Shown here piece after piece: positions 19,807 through 24,000 of a DNA stretch of 24,000 bases. The stretch is from Saccharolobus shibatae B12 (lineage in GTDB: Archaea; Thermoproteota; Thermoprotei_A; Sulfolobales; Sulfolobaceae). The first letter of the stretch is position 1. Every line of letters starts with the position of its first letter. Where the stretch lies: contig NZ_CP077717.1 in assembly GCF_019175345.1 (NCBI RefSeq), forward strand, positions 2,303,644 through 2,327,643, written 5' to 3'. The position numbers and the translations under genes were made by a program. The notes below the pieces were generated by a model. That model made no database searches. It was not told the origin of the DNA and was given only the letters and a program-made list of their open reading frames with translations.

Positions 19807-19828
19807 CTAGTTCTCTGAAGTGTTATCA

Positions 19829-20122
19829 ATGAAAATAGAGGTCAATGAGAATTTAATTAAACATTTAGAAAACTTATCTTTAATTCAATTAAGTCAGAAT
19901 GAAGAAAAAATGTTGGAAAATAATATAGCAAATATCATAAAATTCTTTGAGAAGATAAACGAGCTTGATTTAAGTAATGTAGAACCACTATTTCATCCTC
20001 TCCCTCAAGGGAGACTAAGGAAAGATACTCCAAGAGATCCATTAGATAGGGAAAATGCACTCAAAAACGTGAAAAGAAAAGAAAACGGATATATAGTAGG
20101 ACCTAGAACTTACGGTGAATAA
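19829..20122 (+). CDS. gatC: Asp/Glu-tRNA amidotransferase subunit C
   Basis: 97 aa from ATG 19829. It has the GatC-typical ...[22 protein letters not shown]... segment and lies directly upstream of gatA. Confidence 0.88.
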   Translation: MKIEVNENLIKHLENLSLIQLSQNEEKMLENNIANIIKFFEKINELDLSNVEPLFHPLPQGRLRKDTPRDPLDRENALKNVKRKENGYIVGPRTYGE

Positions 20123-20126
20123 GATT

Positions 20127-21551
20127 ATGATAGTGGAATTAGTCAATGATTTAAAAAATAAGAATTTAGAGGCTGAAGAGTACGTTGAGAGAACTTATGA
20201 GAAAATAGGCAAATACGATAAGTACACCAACGCGTTTATAACTATTAGAAGCAAGGAAGAGGTATTAAGGGAAGTAAAAGAAAACATTAACAAAGGGGGC
20301 AAATTAGCAGGAATACTAATTGCCATCAAGGATAACATCTCAACCAAGGGAATTAGAACTACTTGTGCATCAAAGATGTTAGAAGATTACATACCTCCAT
20401 ATGATGCTACAGTTATAGAAAAATTAAAGAAGGAAGGAGCGGTAATTGTTGGTAAAACAAATATGGACGAATTCGCTATGGGTTCAACTACAGAGACGAG
20501 TTATTTTGGTCCCACTAGAAATCCTTGGAATTTAGAAAGAACCCCTGGAGGTTCATCTGGAGGTAGTGGAGCAGCTCTAGCAGCTGGTTATGTCGAATTG
20601 GCGTTAGGTAGCGATACTGGAGGTTCTATAAGAGCGCCAGCTGCATATAATGCAACTTTTGGTTTAAAGCCATCTTATGGCACAGTGAGTAGATTTGGTC
20701 TAGTAGCTTATGCAAATAGTTTAGAACAAATAGGACCTATGGCTAGAAATGCTGAAGACTTAGGATTGCTTTTCTCAATAATTGCTGGACCCGACGATAA
20801 GGACGCTACTACAATTGACTTATCTCTAAATTTTGAGTTTAAGGAACAGAACGTGAAAAACGTTAGGATAGGTGTTCTTAGTGATATTTTAGAAATGTCA
20901 GAAAAACCAGTATCTGGTGTGATAAAAGATGTTATAGATAAACTATCTAGTGAAGGAGCTCTAATTGAAGATACTAAATTAGGTAATGCAGAATACGCAC
21001 TACCAGCATACTACATAATAGCAATGTCTGAAGCAAGCTCTAATTTAGCTAGATATGATGGAGTTAGGTACGGATATAGCAAATACATGGAAGGGAATTG
21101 GCGTGAGGTTTATGCTAAAAATAGAGGAGAAGCGTTTGGTATAGAGGTAAAGAGGAGGATCCTCCTTGGTAGTTTTATCTTAAGTGCTGGATATTATGAG
21201 GAATTTTACCTCAAGGCATTAAAGGTTAGAAATTTACTTAAGAAAAGCCTAGACGAATTATTCAAAAAATATGATATTTTAGTCTCTCCTACAATGCCTA
21301 TATTACCGCCTAAAATAGGTGAGGTAATCAATGACCCTGTGAGAATGTATGCAATGGATCTAAATACTGTAATAGCTAACTTAGCTGCAATACCAGCATT
21401 ATCGTTGCCAGCGGGATTTTATAATGATTTACCAATAGGATTACAATTAATGGGAAAATATCTATCAGATATTTATTTAATTAACATTTCATCCTATATA
21501 GAGAGAAATGTTACAAAATTGTACAATTTAACAGCACCAATTAAGATCTAA
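20127..21551 (+). CDS. gatA: Asp/Glu-tRNA amidotransferase subunit A (amidase family)
   Basis: Amidase signature [14 protein letters not shown]...GSDTGGSIR and the KDNI motif. I prefer ATG 20127 (474 aa) because a perfect GGTGA Shine-Dalgarno sits at 20114-20118, 8 nt upstream. The track's GTG at 20115 lies inside that SD. Confidence 0.93.
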   Translation: MIVELVNDLKNKNLEAEEYVERTYEKIGKYDKYTNAFITIRSKEEVLREVKENINKGGKLAGILIAIKDNISTKGIRTTCASKMLEDYIPPYDATVIEKLKKEGAVIVGKTNMDEFAMGSTTETSYFGPTRNPWNLERTPGGSSGGSGAALAAGYVELALGSDTGGSIRAPAAYNATFGLKPSYGTVSRFGLVAYANSLEQIGPMARNAEDLGLLFSIIAGPDDKDATTIDLSLNFEFKEQNVKNVRIGVLSDILEMSEKPVSGVIKDVIDKLSSEGALIEDTKLGNAEYALPAYYIIAMSEASSNLARYDGVRYGYSKYMEGNWREVYAKNRGEAFGIEVKRRILLGSFILSAGYYEEFYLKALKVRNLLKKSLDELFKKYDILVSPTMPILPPKIGEVINDPVRMYAMDLNTVIANLAAIPALSLPAGFYNDLPIGLQLMGKYLSDIYLINISSYIERNVTKLYNLTAPIKI

Positions 21552-21578
21552 TAATTTTTTAATCCTATATGCGGTAGA

Positions 21579-22664
21579 ATGTACAATATGCAAAGTAATT
21601 TAAGGATCGATACAGTAAGTGAGATATTTAAAGAGTTACAAAAAGAGAAGTACCACATCATTGGCACTCACAGCGCATATAAGAAATGTCATTGGACTCA
21701 TTCTGCTCTTGTAGCTAATAGATCTTGCTATAAGGGCAAATTCTATGGAATTGAGAGTCATAGATGCGTACAAATGACTCCAACTGCAGCCTGGTGCTGG
21801 TTTAGATGCGTACATTGTTGGAGATTAGAACCAGAGGATGTTGGACTAGAGTGGGACGATACGAAAATGCCCGCATATGATGATCCAGAATATATTGTAG
21901 AGAGGAGTATAGAAGAACATAAGAAGGCCGTTTCTGGATATCTAGGAAGAAATGATGTTAACATCCAAAAGGTAAAAGATGCGATGAGACCCGCGCATGT
22001 TGCAATAAGTTTAACTGGAGAACCTACACTTTATGAGAAACTTGGTGATCTTATAAAGGAGTATCATAAAAGAGGCATGACAACCTTTCTTGTAACAAGT
22101 GGTGTAAGACCAGATATATTAGCAAGCTTAGAAGAAGAGCCTACTCAGTTATTTGTATCTCTACAAGCTCCGAATGAGATAAAACACAAGATGATTAATA
22201 GACCAGTAGTTGCTAATTCTTGGCAATTAGTTATGAAGACTTTAGAGATCTTACCTAGTTTTAGTTCTCCAACTGTGATAAGATTTACAATGATAAAGGG
22301 ATACAATATGAGTGAGCAAGATGCTAGAGAATTTGCGAAGTTAATGGAAATTGCAATGCCCACCTATATAGAGATTAAAGCTTATATGCACGTTGGACCA
22401 TCAACCTATAGATTAAGTAGAGATGCGATGCCAAAACATAAAGAGATAAGAGAATTCGCAAAGACCTTAGCACAATACACTGGATATAAAATTTTATCAG
22501 AGCACGTGCCCAGTAGAATAGTTCTCCTAAGTAAATTGGATAAGCCAATTAAGATTGGAAATGCGTGGAATGATAAATGGGATTGGTCTACTATTGATAT
22601 GGAAGATGATATGAGTGGAGAATATAAGGAAGCAGAACAAGGTTGTACAGAGGGATCAACTTGA
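21579..22664 (+). CDS. taw1: Radical-SAM tRNA 4-demethylwyosine synthase (Taw1/TYW1)
   Basis: 361 aa. Radical-SAM cluster [10 protein letters not shown] (CxxxCxxC) preceded by the additional N-terminal Cys motifs typical of TYW1 (KKCHW...SCYK...HRCVQMTP). The start could alternatively be ATG 21588. Confidence 0.85.
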   Translation: MYNMQSNLRIDTVSEIFKELQKEKYHIIGTHSAYKKCHWTHSALVANRSCYKGKFYGIESHRCVQMTPTAAWCWFRCVHCWRLEPEDVGLEWDDTKMPAYDDPEYIVERSIEEHKKAVSGYLGRNDVNIQKVKDAMRPAHVAISLTGEPTLYEKLGDLIKEYHKRGMTTFLVTSGVRPDILASLEEEPTQLFVSLQAPNEIKHKMINRPVVANSWQLVMKTLEILPSFSSPTVIRFTMIKGYNMSEQDAREFAKLMEIAMPTYIEIKAYMHVGPSTYRLSRDAMPKHKEIREFAKTLAQYTGYKILSEHVPSRIVLLSKLDKPIKIGNAWNDKWDWSTIDMEDDMSGEYKEAEQGCTEGST

Positions 22665-22751
22665 AAAGATGAGTCAAACGCTTGTATATTAGCTAAAATT
22701 ATAGCCTATTCAAAGGGCAAATCGTACGTAACGCAGTCAGAGTTAGCTAAG

Positions 22752-23324
22752 ATGCTTAATTTCTCACAGCAATCAATATCTCGTAAATTAAAAGAATTAG
22801 AGGATGATAAACTGATAGTAAGAATAATATCTAAAGAAGGAGAGATAATAAGATTAACAGAAGAGGGAGAAAGATTTTTGAGTTCATGTTTAAGTAGCTT
22901 AAAAGATGCCATATTGTCACTTCATAGTCTTGAGATAAAAGGAAATATCGTATCTGGGCTTGGGGAAGGCAAAATATTTCTATCAATGGATTACTATAAA
23001 AGCCAAATAAACAAAATAATGGGATTTGACCCTTATCCAGGTACGCTAAATATTGTAATATACGATAAACTATCTCTAGAAAATAGATTACTCTTAGACT
23101 CATCACCTTCTCTAATAGTGCCCGAATATAAGCAAAAGGATAGAGTATTAGGCGCAGTTAGATTATATCCTGCCTCAATTAATAAACTAACACCGGCTGC
23201 AGTAGTAATTCCCTTAAGAACTACACATCCAAAGAGCGTAATAGAGGTAATTTCTCCATTTCATCTCAGGGAAAAACTGAATTTAAAAGATGGAGATGAG
23301 GTAACAATAGAGGTTTATGTTTAA
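22752..23324 (+). CDS. ribK: CTP-dependent archaeal riboflavin kinase with N-terminal wHTH (RbkR-type regulator/kinase); 5' end problematic, see findings
   Basis: The kinase domain motifs [15 protein letters not shown] and RTTHP match the MJ0056-type riboflavin kinase. The N-terminus carries an HTH ([22 protein letters not shown]). The first ATG (22752) falls inside the HTH. The same frame is open for 29 more codons upstream, with no ATG/GTG/TTG among them. Confidence 0.8.
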   Translation: MLNFSQQSISRKLKELEDDKLIVRIISKEGEIIRLTEEGERFLSSCLSSLKDAILSLHSLEIKGNIVSGLGEGKIFLSMDYYKSQINKIMGFDPYPGTLNIVIYDKLSLENRLLLDSSPSLIVPEYKQKDRVLGAVRLYPASINKLTPAAVVIPLRTTHPKSVIEVISPFHLREKLNLKDGDEVTIEVYV

Positions 23325-23953
23325 CGTTGTTCCAGATTACAATACCTCTTTTTAATTTCATTTATTATATCTGTTGTACTTGAATGAGGCCATTTCCTTA
23401 TTCTCTCGTTTAATCTAATTATTTGAGGACTTAAGCCTCGTTTTTTTAATTCCTCAAGAAGCTTAGTTTCATCGACTTTCTGGTCTGGACCTAGGAAAAT
23501 TATATCGGGATTTATTCTTTCCACACTTTTTAGAAAATCTTCTTGATCGCCTAATATTGCATCAAAAACGTATCTTACACTCTTAATAATTTCTAATCTA
23601 GTTTGCTCATCATTAATAGGCTTTCTACCTTTAATTCTCTCTGAATTGGAATCCCTAGCCACAGTCACGTAAACTCTTCCATATTTCGATGCCTCCTTTA
23701 AGAATTCTATATGTCCAGGATGCAATATGTCAAAAGTACCCGCGACAAATACTTTTTTCGATACATTAGATTTGGGATCAATATTCTCATAAATCTCCTT
23801 CGCATCCAACAAACCCTCAGCATAAACAATATCGACTAATGCAGTTACGTAATCACCTTTCTCTAAATAATATTTAGAATCCTCAGTATACAATCTAGCT
23901 AATTCTACCACCTTATTGTTGGCACTGTCGATATTCTTTAATCGTTCATCCAT
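23321..23953 (-). CDS. ribL: RibL-type FMN adenylyltransferase (archaeal FAD synthase) with an N-terminal extra domain
   Basis: [21 protein letters not shown]...[29 protein letters not shown] closely parallels MJ1179 RibL (HxGH nucleotidyltransferase). About 65 aa precede the catalytic domain. The frame remains open from 23953 to the window end ([15 protein letters not shown] upstream of the Met), so the true start may lie beyond 24000. Confidence 0.85.
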   Translation of the reverse strand: MDERLKNIDSANNKVVELARLYTEDSKYYLEKGDYVTALVDIVYAEGLLDAKEIYENIDPKSNVSKKVFVAGTFDILHPGHIEFLKEASKYGRVYVTVARDSNSERIKGRKPINDEQTRLEIIKSVRYVFDAILGDQEDFLKSVERINPDIIFLGPDQKVDETKLLEELKKRGLSPQIIRLNERIRKWPHSSTTDIINEIKKRYCNLEQR

Positions 23954-24000
23954 TCCTTTAATGTACTTTTCTATTCTTTTCCTTAACTCGTCAACATCCA

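Noticed and set aside
19790-19818. CTGA-ATGAAAA-14 nt-CTGA pattern upstream of gatC resembling a C'/D half-unit
   Set aside because: There is no C box upstream. The ATGAAAATATAAA part is better explained as the gatC TATA box and promoter.
19820-20126. Track start codons GTG 19820 (gatC) and GTG 20115 (gatA)
   Set aside because: TATA spacing favours ATG 19829 for gatC. For gatA, the GTG is part of a GGTGA SD that serves ATG 20127.
22662-22664. Taw1-RbkR fusion by read-through of the in-frame TGA
   Set aside because: Kept only as a minor alternative within the rbkR finding. Two adjacent genes share a frame one time in three by chance. A properly placed ATG (22669) in the adjacent frame makes an indel or frameshift the simpler explanation. 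I see no recoding signal.

Overview
Dense, AT-rich core-chromosome segment of a Sulfolobales crenarchaeon. The Alba1 sequence and the 389/530-aa topo VI subunits look like the Saccharolobus/Sulfolobus solfataricus-islandicus-shibatae group. I support about 24 protein genes, mostly housekeeping, in three themes. (1) DNA topology, chromatin and repair: topo VI B/A, reverse gyrase flanked by Alba2 and Alba1, an Lhr-type helicase and an XPB helicase. (2) Translation and RNA processing: SRP54, aIF5A, deoxyhypusine synthase, RtcB, a Pus10-like protein, GatC/GatA and Taw1. (3) Flavin cofactor synthesis: an HTH-riboflavin kinase convergent with a RibL-type FAD synthase. I found no rRNA, tRNA, CRISPR array, transposase, integrase or recognisable defence island, so I cannot support a large novel system here. 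The observations most worth a second look are: (a) the riboflavin kinase/regulator gene has the first helix of its HTH stranded upstream of any ATG/GTG/TTG, next to a 7-codon ATG mini-ORF in the adjacent frame, which suggests a frame break or recoding; (b) the Pus10-like protein lacks a visible catalytic motif; (c) an uncharacterised 123-aa gene overlaps and probably co-transcribes with XPB, beside three unknown small genes with overlapping 3' ends; (d) three candidate C/D-box sRNAs and two small zinc-ribbon ORFs sit in short intergenic gaps. All calls come from reading the sequence and recalling protein families; no database searches were run.
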